Below are positions 53,301 to 64,000 of a DNA stretch of 64,000 nt, piece by piece. The stretch comes from Gonapodya sp. JEL0774. Taxonomy: Eukaryota. The position numbers and the translations under genes are program-made. The DNA is taken from contig JADIIX010000042.1 in assembly GCA_027604505.1 (NCBI GenBank), positions 62,001-126,000 on the forward strand, written 5' to 3'. The notes beneath the pieces were generated by a model. The model was not told the origin of the DNA. It saw nothing but the letters and a program-made list of their open reading frames with translations, and made no database searches. The stretch's first letter is position 1, and every line of letters starts with the position of its first letter.

Positions 53301-54698
53301 TCATAATCCTCGATGCCAGGCCGAGCCATCATCCGTTACATCCACCCCGTCTACACCTGTTGTCATCTGTTTGCCCAACTCCTTCCCCCTCCGTTCCATC
53401 TCGGGGAGGAACCGACTGCGCCACCACGGGTAGATCTGACGCAGGTCACTATAGTACGATCCCAACGAGAGGTGGATGGTGTCGCAGGGTAAAACCTCCA
53501 CGACCTCGGTCCACATGCGGGCTGCGGACTTCACGACTCGCGATGCACCCTTGTCCTTGAGTCGTTCCACGGTGAGTGATATGCGAGCGTGCTGGATTTT
53601 AGCACAGTGTCCGGTGATGAACCTGACAAAAGCCTTGCACTGTCTCTCCATCACAGACGGAGAGAAAATCGTGCTGATTCCATAGTGCCAGCCCACGATG
53701 CCGATCGATAGGGGGTGCGGGTACTTGTGCTCGATCTGGTTTGTTTCGTCATCTGCAGCAAGGAGCACCCACGTGAAGTGCAAGAGATCGAATTCTCCGA
53801 GGTACTTGAGGTTGGGCAGTGCGGCGAGTACACTGCGGAAAAGTTCCAACACGTGGGTCGGTGTGGGGTCGATGGATTCAAAGCCTTTTCCGAGAAGGGA
53901 GCCTCGAACAAAGGGCATGCTGAACGAAGTGAGGCGACTCCACTCTGGGAACGAAACGCCTTGTGGAATGGGAGACAGGTATGCCGGTTTTCCGTGCAAG
54001 TGAACCTCGTGCGCGTGAGGGAAAATCGCGACGGTCGCAGTGATCACGTTCTGGAGGTCGACGACTTCAGACTGGCAGACGTCAACACGGCGGACAGATG
54101 TGCCGAACATCTTGAAAAGTACACAATCCATTGGATCGTCCTTGCGGTGGCAGAGGTTCCACATGCTCAAGATATTGTTAATGTCCTCAAAGACGCGAGA
54201 CGCTCCGAGAGCGAGCACTCGAAGCACCGTGATCAACCAGTATTGCTGTGCCGAGAAATATTTGGTGAATTCTTCAGAAGGGGGCGAGAGTCCGTCCATC
54301 TTTGGCAATGTGAGAGAATGGATCACAGGAATGAGTCCTTTCCTGGCAGGTCCGATCCCCGGATACACTTCAGCGAATCTCTCCGCGAGATGAGCACGAA
54401 CCCGCTCTGGTTCGCTCGCTAGCTCCGGGCCGTCGACGCTCATCCGTCCGATGGTGAGCACCTTGTCTCTCTCCTTGCTCGACATTCGCCTCCCCTCGGA
54501 ATAGAGCAGACAGGGGTCGTAGGCACCGATACCAACTTCCACAGCCACTCCCAGCATACCTTCATGTCCGATTGCGAGCTGGACTGCGTCGTGCCAGCGG
54601 CGGCAGACGGCTGGGAGAACGGGGAGGAGGGTTGTGACGGGGAGGAGACGGAAAACGTCGACAAGGAGCTCCAGTGGGAGGTCGTGGATACGGGCCAT
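53301..54698 (-). CDS. F-box protein (intronless)
   Basis: N-terminal IHDLPLELLVDVFRLLP...VCRRWH F-box consensus in one uninterrupted ORF. Confidence 0.8.
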   Translation of the reverse strand: MARIHDLPLELLVDVFRLLPVTTLLPVLPAVCRRWHDAVQLAIGHEGMLGVAVEVGIGAYDPCLLYSEGRRMSSKERDKVLTIGRMSVDGPELASEPERVRAHLAERFAEVYPGIGPARKGLIPVIHSLTLPKMDGLSPPSEEFTKYFSAQQYWLITVLRVLALGASRVFEDINNILSMWNLCHRKDDPMDCVLFKMFGTSVRRVDVCQSEVVDLQNVITATVAIFPHAHEVHLHGKPAYLSPIPQGVSFPEWSRLTSFSMPFVRGSLLGKGFESIDPTPTHVLELFRSVLAALPNLKYLGEFDLLHFTWVLLAADDETNQIEHKYPHPLSIGIVGWHYGISTIFSPSVMERQCKAFVRFITGHCAKIQHARISLTVERLKDKGASRVVKSAARMWTEVVEVLPCDTIHLSLGSYYSDLRQIYPWWRSRFLPEMERRGKELGKQMTTGVDGVDVTDDGSAWHRGL

Positions 54699-55816
54699 GG
54701 CACGCAGAGTGGGAAAGAAAATGTCGTGGGCCGCCAAGTGTGTGCTGCAGAAAGAAAACGACTGATGGGTGGACCTTGGCGGGGAACTTCGTGTCAGTGG
54801 TCATGCGCCGATCACTAGGAACCCCTCCAGAACAAAGAACAACCTCCGAATGAAAAAATGAATTACAATAACCGCAGTCTCCTTGAGTAGGATAAGAGCA
54901 TAAAGACCACAATTTAATTAAAGCTTACAATGTCTGAATTCCATGGAGCCGGCCAGACACCTAGTAGTATACACCCCTACGCTCTTGCACAACCTTTCCA
55001 CCCTCCTGAGTGATTCGGAGAAATGTCCACCAAGAGATGACGCTTAACTTGCAAGGAGGCCCCTCTGCAGACTGTGCTCACTCGCATTATCGAAACAGGG
55101 ATGCCGTCGAGCTCATCACTATGTGAGCAAGGCCCGCCCGCGCTGACGAGGAACGAGTAACCACCAAACCCTCGATTATCACGGATTTTGAGGGTTACCT
55201 ATTGGAGATTGGAGTCTTGTGTGGCACTGGTGTGGCCCCGCTCAAGGATTTTGAGAAAGAGTCGACAGTTGCAACCCCAGACGGCACGGATTCCACGAGG
55301 CACGAACGCCACGACACGGAGGTTACCGTGGTCGGAAGTGGAAGCACAGCATATCAGCAATTTGAAATCCGCGATAGAGGATTCAAATGGCAATCCTGGG
55401 GCACCCTTTCTAATCCATTGATGGGTACTCTAACAGGGGAAGGACGGGAAAGTCAAGCAGGACGGGAAGTCATTGCTTTCTTGGGGTATGTACTTGGTCA
55501 GAGACAGGAATAAGTGAATGAATTGCATGGTTGGTACTGACAGCGTGGATATCGGATATCTTTTATTAAGCGGACTCGATGTAAACGTAGGTTGAATCAG
55601 ACTGGAAATTGGAAAGCGCAGACTGACTGAGCGACTTCAGCATATCCTCTGAATAGCATCGACCCACCGAGTGTCGCTACATAAGAAATGTGAAGCAAAA
55701 ATGTGCAGCTGCGCGAAGGAACATTTCCATGTGGAACGCCGAACTCTGCAAAAGGTTGCTTGTTGCTGTGGCCTAGTCGTCACTGTGGGTCTGAAAGAGA
55801 AGATCCCCACTCGACC

Positions 55817-56887
55817 ATGTCCGCACCGGAATCCAACGTCGATTCCACGGATCCGTCGATTCCCGCTGTGACTGTCGCTTCCATCAGATGCCGAAAATGT
55901 CGCCATGTTCTTCTCAACGCCGACATGTTCGCTCCGAAGGCGACGGTATCGCCAACGACGAACCGTGATCCTGCCGCAGCTGTCGCGGCCGCCGGTGATT
56001 CTCCAGGCGACATAGCGCGTGGTTCTGCGACTGCTCCGTCTCCCAGTACCGCCGCCGCCGCCGCGTCCTCTTCGTCTTCCACTGGACTCCCCTCACCCCC
56101 GCCTTCCACACCGCCTGCCTCCTCCCCATGCGTCCCCCTTCTGGACCACGTTCCCGGATCCCACGACTTCTCCCAGAAAAACCGCCGTGGTCTCCGGCCT
56201 GCCCAGCCGTCTGCCGCATCCTCGTTCCTCTCCACCTCGTGCAACTCGCTCTTCCTTGCCTACGACGTGCCAGACCCTGACGCACCCGAGGACACTCCTC
56301 AGGATGCCACTCCATCAAGCAGAGCAGATAGTGGTGGAGCTGGCGGTGGTGGCAAAAAGGGCAAGCGCAGCGGCGGAGGGAAAAAGAAACCATCCCCCGC
56401 ACCCCTGCCAACCGCCAAACTCCTCTCGGACCTCATACCCTCCCTCCACCCTGCCCAACTCGGGGACCAAGACGGACGCATAGACTGCCCTAACCCACGC
56501 TGCGCCGCCAAACTCGGCCACTGGACCTGGTCCGGCGCCCAGTGCTCCTGCGGGACATGGGTCACCCCTGGGTTTGCCGTGCAAAAGGCAAAAGTTGACA
56601 TCACGTACGGCAGCGGCGTGGGTATGGTCGAAGGGAAAGGATTGAGCTCTCGTGTGGTCGGGGCGAGTGCAGCCGGCGGTGCGGTTCAAGGCACGGCACC
56701 GGGAGGGCTGGTCCGACCCAGAACGTCTGGGTCCGGGCCTGGTGTCGGTGTTGCCCCAGCTGGGTTGGCGGCCCTATTGCAGGGCAGGACTATTCTCGGC
56801 CCAGCGGGCGGCGTTGATTCTGAGATGGCGGTGGCTCGGCCTGCACCTGGTCCCGTCGCAGGTACCGTCCGTCTTGGACTTTCGTGA
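55817..56887 (+). CDS. Stand-alone Yvh1/DUSP12-type zinc-binding domain protein
   Basis: RCRKCRHVL, H...SCNSLFL, GRIDCPNPRCAAKLGHWTWSGAQCSCGTWVTPGFAVQKAKVD; no phosphatase HCxxGxSRS motif. Confidence 0.8.
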   Translation: MSAPESNVDSTDPSIPAVTVASIRCRKCRHVLLNADMFAPKATVSPTTNRDPAAAVAAAGDSPGDIARGSATAPSPSTAAAAASSSSSTGLPSPPPSTPPASSPCVPLLDHVPGSHDFSQKNRRGLRPAQPSAASSFLSTSCNSLFLAYDVPDPDAPEDTPQDATPSSRADSGGAGGGGKKGKRSGGGKKKPSPAPLPTAKLLSDLIPSLHPAQLGDQDGRIDCPNPRCAAKLGHWTWSGAQCSCGTWVTPGFAVQKAKVDITYGSGVGMVEGKGLSSRVVGASAAGGAVQGTAPGGLVRPRTSGSGPGVGVAPAGLAALLQGRTILGPAGGVDSEMAVARPAPGPVAGTVRLGLS

Positions 56888-57339
56888 GGAAGCCGTGCAG
56901 AGGTGCGGGCGGGGAAGGTCTGTGATACGGCAGGCCCGGAAGATCCCTTCAAAGTAACCTGGTCGCAAGCTTTCGTGGAGCTGGTGAGGGTGCCCGCGCT
57001 GTGCTCCCTGCATTCAACAAACCATGCGTGGCTGCCGTTTGTTTGAATGAACGGCCGCGACATCATGGTCTTTCGTTATCCGTTATCCAGGCAGCGGGCT
57101 CATGTATGTAATAATGATTGAAGATAAACAATTACATGTGCCGTTCACGTTTACGATACCCTCCATCTTCTCTGTATCCAGAACAAATGGCCAACAGTCA
57201 ACTGGTTGGCCTCCCCAATGCCCGAACCGCGATATCCAATCTTACAAGGTTACATGGTCAAACTACAAAAACCAACAGTAATATAGTGCTCGGCACGTTC
57301 CTGTTCCCACCGTGCCCAAATCCCGACATCCCGACGGAC

Positions 57340-60292
57340 CTACTCCGTGGGCAACTCGTACGCCTCCAACTCCGGCACGATCTCGTCCCACAACTTCTGT
57401 ATGTCGCGGAAATATTTCGCTTGGGCCCTGGCGTGGTCGCCCAGCATGTGCTTGAAGTCGGCCACTTTGAGCGTCTGGAAGAGGTCAATCTCCCGCGTGA
57501 GTGAGGCGGAGAAAGCGCGGCTGATAAGCAGGGATTGTTCGCAGTTTTCCTGGAGCTATTTTCGAATTTGTTTTGTTTTGTTTTGTTGGCGAGGGTGAAA
57601 GGGGGAAATGGGAGGAGGGAGCGGGGAGGATTTTTGTGAATGTCGAACTTGCCGAAATCCCAAAAATCCTTAGCACAAATCATCCCAACAGGCTCACCTC
57701 CCCCGCTCTCCTTTCCAGCTTTGCAAGCTTCTCCTGCCTCGCAGTCTCGGGGTTCACCCCCCGCACCGCGTCGATCTGGTCCTTGATGTACCCTGCGACG
57801 CCACCACCTCCTGCACCGCCGCGGTGGCTCAAAAGCCGGTCGCGTTCTGTAATCGTTTGTTGGTAAAAGTCGGACAGGTCTTGGTGGTCGAGTTGCTTTT
57901 GGTCTCGGAGTTTCAGCGTTTCCTGAACGATGAGGAAAACCGAAACGTTAACACGGACGAGTCAAATATTGAGGTCAATGAGGACTGAAAGCACAATTGC
58001 AAACTCGCCTTTGCTGACTGGCAGTATGCAAGGTATTCATGAACACCTTGCAAGAACTGAGTCTCATCTTTGGTGATCTGACGTGAGAGGGAGTGGCAAT
58101 CAGGACGCCAGTATTCGAAGTTCAACAAGGGGTTTGTTCCAGACAGGGTCATTGTTCAGCTCATTTGTACCCCCATGGAACTCCACCTCACCTTCTCTCT
58201 TAACCGCTCTGTTGTCCCTTGCACAGCGTGCGCAAATCTTGACATTGGCCCTGTTAGGCCAGTCTCCATCTTACTCAGCTCCAACATACATAGAGCAAAC
58301 TCGGCAAGATCGTGGTCGAGATCTATAGGCAGTTGCGAGGATGGTATGTCCCACCAAAGCAGCAGTGATAAGACACCTTTGCAGTGAAGTAAAAACGTCA
58401 AAACACGCGCGGCACCGCTCACCCTTCTCCGCCTTGGTTATCTTTCCTCCAGCTTTTCCAACGCCACTCATGGCCTCTTCGAGTCTCGCAATTTGTTCCC
58501 CTACTTGAGCGAACCGCTCGTCGCGGGTCCTGAGCTTTGAAAATGCGTTCATGAGGGTATCGGACAGGTTGTCCAAGACTGCAGCGGAGCCAGTGGGGGG
58601 CGATGTGCCGGGAAGCGAAGAGTTGGTAGGAGGTGGAGAGTTCGGGGAACGGGAAAGGGGCTGGAACCGTGATGCAGGAACAAGGAAATGCACGGGATGA
58701 ACAATCGCATCGGCAGGGCTGCGGACAAAAGAGCAGCCGCAAATGGTTTGTCGAACATCGTACCTCGTCCTGTTCAAGAAATCGTTTAAGAGCCTTACTT
58801 CGCTGCAAGGTGGGGTGTCGGGCGACTCGCTCAAGGTAGGTTTGCAGAGCACGTCGACGCTCTTCCACGAAATCAGGATCGAAGCGCGATCCAGTGACGT
58901 AAGACTCTTGATAAACAAGAGTGAGCGCACGGGTGAGGTGGGAGGTGGGATTGGGAAAGTGTGAAAGGTTCAGGTGGGACAAAATGACAATCTTGATATA
59001 AATGTCGAACAGAGTTGCCATGATCCATAAAAAATCCGTGTATGTACTTCCTTCACTTCCAAAATAACTCTCTTTGATTGAACAGTCTGTACCTGCAGCC
59101 CTTATTGAATTCAGTATCACAACCCCACCGCGACCTGTTTCACATCTGCGTGTGTCCTCCCAGTAACACCTTCGCCTCCTTCCATTAACTCACCCAATCT
59201 CCTCCTTCCCGGAAGTGGCGGTAAAATGCATGCAGGAGATTCCTCCGCGAGCTCTTTGTGAAGCCACGTGAACTCATTGAAGCGACGGCGGACAGATAGT
59301 TGGGGGCGGGTGAGAAGGTCGTGTGGAGACTTGGGAGGGAATAAGAGGTTGAGACAACAAAGTATGGAGAAGGAGGAGGATTGGCAAAGGTGTTGTCACA
59401 ATCGAATAACCCCCCCTTTGCCGGATGCTCTCCCGAACCTATTCCAGAAGCCAGTTCCAGCAATGTGTGTTCCATTGATACTTTCCTCGTCACTCGTTCT
59501 TCAACATTTCGATTCCGGTTCCAAAACACCACCTTACTTCTTCTTCCACGCACTCACTTTCGCGGAAACCAAATAACTCGTGTGTGCCTCGGTTCCTTCC
59601 CCATGCTTTTGGGGATCTGAAACTGTAATTTGGAGCGCCTCATTCGCTACCGTGGCGAAAGACGTCAGCGAGGGCTGTTTTGGGAGAGCGGACAGGGACG
59701 GTGATGACGAGGACGAGAGGAACGTTGCAGTGGGAGGGATGTACACGGCGGGTTGAGCTGGAGAAGGCGTTGGTGATAGGCGTGACGAAACAGAGGAGTG
59801 GCCGGGCGGAGCTAACAAGTGGGTTCGGAGGTAGGTCAGGCGAATAGCATCGGGGAATCGCGACCCGTTGAATCACGATCGCAAACAAGGTTGGGCCAGC
59901 CATCCACAAATTATGTCCCGTGAAAAGAACAACGTCGAGGTCATAAGAACAGTTTTGAATACTTAATGGAGACAATTTATCCCGAGGTGCTTGTGCAAGT
60001 TCGAGATGCATCACTTGGTCACCTCGCCCGCGCTGTTCAGACCGCTTCAAGAACGTATCTACCCACATCCTTGCGCCAAGGGATCTCTCCCTACAGCTTG
60101 TTGTTGCCTCCCACCATGAGCAGATGCCCCGGGCCCGCTCTCTGTCGGCACATCCCACGAAACCGTCGAGAACTGGGACATGTTTCGGCGTGGAGGAGTG
60201 CTCTGTCCAGGCCCGCCTCCGGTCACGGCGCCTGCGCCAAGGAAAAAATCTTCATCGTCGTCGAGTCCCAGTGGTGTTGGAATATTGCTCAT
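57340..60292 (-). CDS. SNX4: Sorting nexin-4 (PX-BAR; Snx4/Atg24-like)
   Basis: ITVSDPQKHGEGTEAHTSYLV, VRRRFNEFTWLH...PPLP, DFVEERRRALQTYLERVARHPTL; BAR region LDNLSDTLMNAFSK. Confidence 0.88.
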
Positions 60293-61424
60293 TTGGATTC
60301 AGGTGGTATGCGTGGGGCCGGCTCAACTCAAATCAGCGCAGTGTGTTCTTGGGAACGGACCCGTGAAACAACCCCCCATGCAGTTCATTCCTTCTAAACC
60401 ATTTTCACATTTCACATTTCTCTTACACAGTGTCAGTATCAAGACGTCGCAAAACTGTTGTGCTTCTGTAGGAAAATACGATTTCTCTTTCTATCCCTAT
60501 CCGCAGGAAAGTGTTGATGATCACACTTAATGCTTAAAGACCGATGTACGAGGAGAGGGTGAACCTGTCGCTAGCAATCTATAAGCCACTTTGAGACGGG
60601 TATGCAGTCCCGTTGACTGTACGCCGGTGGGTCCCGCTAATGCCGCCAGCTGTATGCTCTCAACTCGAACACCGATGATTTCACCACCATGATCCAGAGA
60701 ATGGCACCACAAGCCAAGCACTCATTACGTAACCTGTTCTATTGGATTTGTGCTTTGCTCGTCGGATAATTCACGAAACTGAGGAGCAACAAATGATGAG
60801 TGACTTCCTTCAGTGTGACGGCAACTTAAGACACGACGACACACTTGTTGTTGCACTGGAGGTTGCCTGACGGTAACAGTATTTGGAGCGCTTCGAAGAA
60901 CATTTTTTCATGGTGGAGAGCGAGTTTCTCAAGGAGAAGTTGAACAGGCAAAGGAATGCTGTGACAAAAAGAGCAGCCAGGCGTTGATGGAGTGGATGGA
61001 AAGATCGCAGCACCGGCGCGATCGAGGTTAATGTACTACAGTAATGATCTGTTAGTAGTGGGTTTCAAAGTTCGTCCGAATAGTGAAGGCCGGGGGTTCT
61101 AATTTAATAGGCCGGAAAAGGACACTGGTTTGCCAAAGTTCACACACCGCCAGCTCCACACGCCACCGTAGAGTTATACAGCCAGCCACAACCACAGTAA
61201 GAGCTGCACTAGAATCAGGAGAGTAATGGGGTCCCGTCCCGAGCTGCTCAGCCGAATAAATTAATTGTTTGATATTTTTTCAGTTGGTGCATTGAGCTTT
61301 GAGGATGCAGCCTTCGGTCCGCCTGAACTCTTGATGCACTCAATAAACTGTTCTTGAACCATACTATATCTCTTTCAAGAACCCACGAAACACCGCCGAT
61401 CTTTCCACCATCGCTCCTTCGGTG

Positions 61425-63018
61425 ATGAAGATACCAGTCATAGTCGCTATAGGCGTCATCATAATCGGCGGGCTGTTCGGTACTCGTTTTTACTTGGATC
61501 ACAGAGAGCATGGACCCCATGGACCATTCAGACCACCGGGACCACATGGACCACATGGACCACATGGTCCTCCTCATGGTGAACGTGAGTATGTGCTCAG
61601 AAAGCGTACACGCTTTTGTTTCGCATCGATTCTTACAGGCTACCCTTTTGCCGCCACGATTTTGATCGCATCCCATTTCGACCTCCATTATGCAATGCTC
61701 GTTCAAACAGAAGATTCACAGCAGTCTCATAACGCAAATATGAGGGAAGAGTTTTTACACATTATGAGGGAGCAGTGGGCAAGGAAGATGAACGTACAGC
61801 TGTTCGCGGGGTTCTGGGACGTGGAGCTCCTCACAGCACCGCTGGCCGCGTGGTATGAGAGGGAGACGGTATGGACGAATCCTACCGTCCCTGTGGACTT
61901 GTTTATTGACATCGGGGCCAATGTGGGACGGTGAGTGTAAATCATATATGTTCGGTCAGTCGGTGGCCTAATTCTCATACCCTCTTCCCGCCTCTGTCTT
62001 GAAAACGAAAAGAACGAGCGAAAGATTTCTATCCCATTTCAGCTCTTACACCTGTTTCGATGAGTCTACCACCATTAGCCGGTGGATGGACTGCCGTGCT
62101 ATTCGAGAGTACTTCTTGGCGTTCGAGCCCGTGCCCTCGACATACAAGGTGATCACGGGACGTGCTAAGAGGCTGGGATGGGACCGGGGTAACTGGGTTG
62201 CTGTTCAAGCTGCCGGTATGTTTCCTTTTGCTAAGTACCATCACCGTTGGTAGCCCTAGAAGCTGAAGCTGGATCCCAATCAAACCACCTTTCGGACACT
62301 ACCAGCCAGCAACTCCAATGGCGTAGTACCATTTTACGCCTCGGGGGATACTGGAGACGAGCAGGCCAGCTTCGACAAAGCCGCCTCTCTCAATGGTCCC
62401 GAAATCCAAGTCGCGACCATTCGTTTGGACTCAATGCTTCTCAACGGGGCAGAGGAACTACAAAATCTAAAGAAGCAGGGCGTGGAGGTGGGGTCGTTTG
62501 GACCGTTGGATCGGATGATTGAGTTCCTCGGCAATCATACGATCACGCGCGCGGGGCGGAAATTCATTGATTCGTCCGCTGTTAGGATATACGTTCTTAA
62601 AAGTGAGCTTTTGTGCTAGTTTTTTTTTCCGTCTTCAACTTTGGCGACAATACCCCCCACTCCCTCCCTTTCTGCAGTTGATGCCGAAGGCTTTGACCCT
62701 GACGTCATCCGCGGTGCCGAGGGTACCATCCGCACTCCTGGCCTCGTGAAGTTCCTCGCCTTTGAGTACAATGACAAATGGTTCACTGCCGGTCGTACTG
62801 AAACCCTTCAATCTGTCGTAACCATGCTGGACGGCTGGGGTTTCAAATGCTTCTGGGTGACCCCGCACGTGCTTGCTCCTTTGTGGGGGGAGTGGTGGGA
62901 TCCGTCCTACGAGATTCGTGGCTGGTCCAATGCATTCTGTGCCAACGATGCGGATGAAAGTGCGAGGGCGTTTGTTGCAAACTACAATCGGGGTTTGGCG
63001 ATTCCTGGATGGAATTAG
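61425..63018 (+). CDS. FkbM-family (Methyltransf_21) SAM-dependent methyltransferase with N-terminal membrane anchor
   Basis: Signal anchor IPVIVAIGVIIIGGLFG; motifs FIDIGANVG, AFEPVP, LK|.DAEGFDPDVIRGA and FEYN; introns. Confidence 0.8.
61509..61580 (+). repeat. Coding 9-bp tandem repeat (His-Gly-Pro)n
   Basis: catggacca-type units encoding HGPHGPFRPPGPHGPHGPHGPPHG. Confidence 0.8.
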
Positions 63019-64000
63019 GACTTGACGTTCCAGTAATCTCCACTGGCATATTGCAGACTTGTTTTGTAGGTTTGATTGTGGGGTCTGCAGTAGTACTACT
63101 TCACGTTTGGCATGTACTTGAACTCTTATCTATGGCACTCTAATACCCGTAAAAGAACTTTTTTTCAGATATGGAGTTCATAATGTCTCTCCGTGTTTAC
63201 TGGAAATGTTGATTGCCGCCACGTCGTCATACATTGTGTACGCGACACCATCTCAGTCCCCACAGAGATACACTACTATGATGCAGAGCGTATAGAATTA
63301 CATTAGGTATGGGTAACGCTATGCGAGCCGGGGCCTCCATGTTGGATGCTTGCCGGCATGGAGCGTCACGCGGACCCAAGCGCCGAAGTGGCAGTTAAAA
63401 CGATAGGAGAAAGTGACACATAGGCCCACTTCTCCAAAGTCGAAGGGTTTAATAGACGACGCTCCATCAAAGTTTCTCCGACAGTCTTGCACCGTGCACG
63501 ACCGAGGTGAGCCGGCCAACAAAATGAATTATAAGTATTGCTTTATCTCTCGAACCTCAGAGACAACAAAAATCATAGAACTCTTCGGTCTAGGTGACAT
63601 AACGAAATGGAGTATCCTGTCGCTTTCATGAGAATGTGTCCTGCCTTCCCGGCAAACAAGCTAAACGAGCTATCTCAGCATCAACGTAGCAATATTATGG
63701 TTCGCCGTTACGTCTGTGCACTGAACTCAGACGACTGTTCTTCTTTGTGCTCTTGTGATGTAATGATGCACCGTTGTGAACCTTTGGAACTGATGACGGG
63801 TTTCCCCATAGAGACAGATATTATTCTTTTGTTGGGAGCACCCCAATGTCAATGAAGGCCGTGCCCAGAGTCAGTGGAGAGGAAGAAAAGCAAAAAAATC
63901 GGATGCTCCGTCATCGCCTGTCGTGCAACGATCATTCGCCGTGATGGAAACCCTTCATGGCGGCGGCAGCGGGTAGTGTTTGCACCTCAAGAACCGCGCC

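Overview
Gene-dense, intron-rich (GT-AG) eukaryotic DNA. It is most likely from a fungus, given the Zn2Cys6 factors and ERG1. An early-diverging lineage is my inference from intron density and gene content. I can support 23 protein-coding genes: a partial RING-finger gene, two paralogous Zn2Cys6 transcription factors, an APC amino-acid permease, acetyl-CoA synthetase, proteasome beta2, two AN1 zinc-finger (ZFAND2/Cuz1-type) paralogues, a small TFIIB-type zinc-ribbon protein, mitochondrial bL35, SLD5, ERG1, succinyl-CoA ligase alpha, a GCNA/SprT protein, MCM3, a Tom20-SET fusion, a DUF4326-2H phosphoesterase fusion, carnitine acetyltransferase, a bacterial-type phosphoribosyltransferase, an ACC-synthase-like PLP enzyme, an F-box protein, a stand-alone Yvh1-type zinc-binding protein, SNX4 and an FkbM methyltransferase. 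I recognised no rRNA, tRNA, CRISPR array or intact transposon. The most unusual items are: (1) an ASCC1-like 2H protein with a phage/bacterial-type DUF4326 where KH normally sits; (2) a Tom20 receptor spliced in frame to a degenerate SMYD-type SET domain through an intron whose retention would yield plain Tom20; (3) a 9-nt microexon inside a zinc cluster; (4) a head-to-head proteasome/AIRAPL gene pair. CDS coordinates span introns, and all exon models were made by eye.
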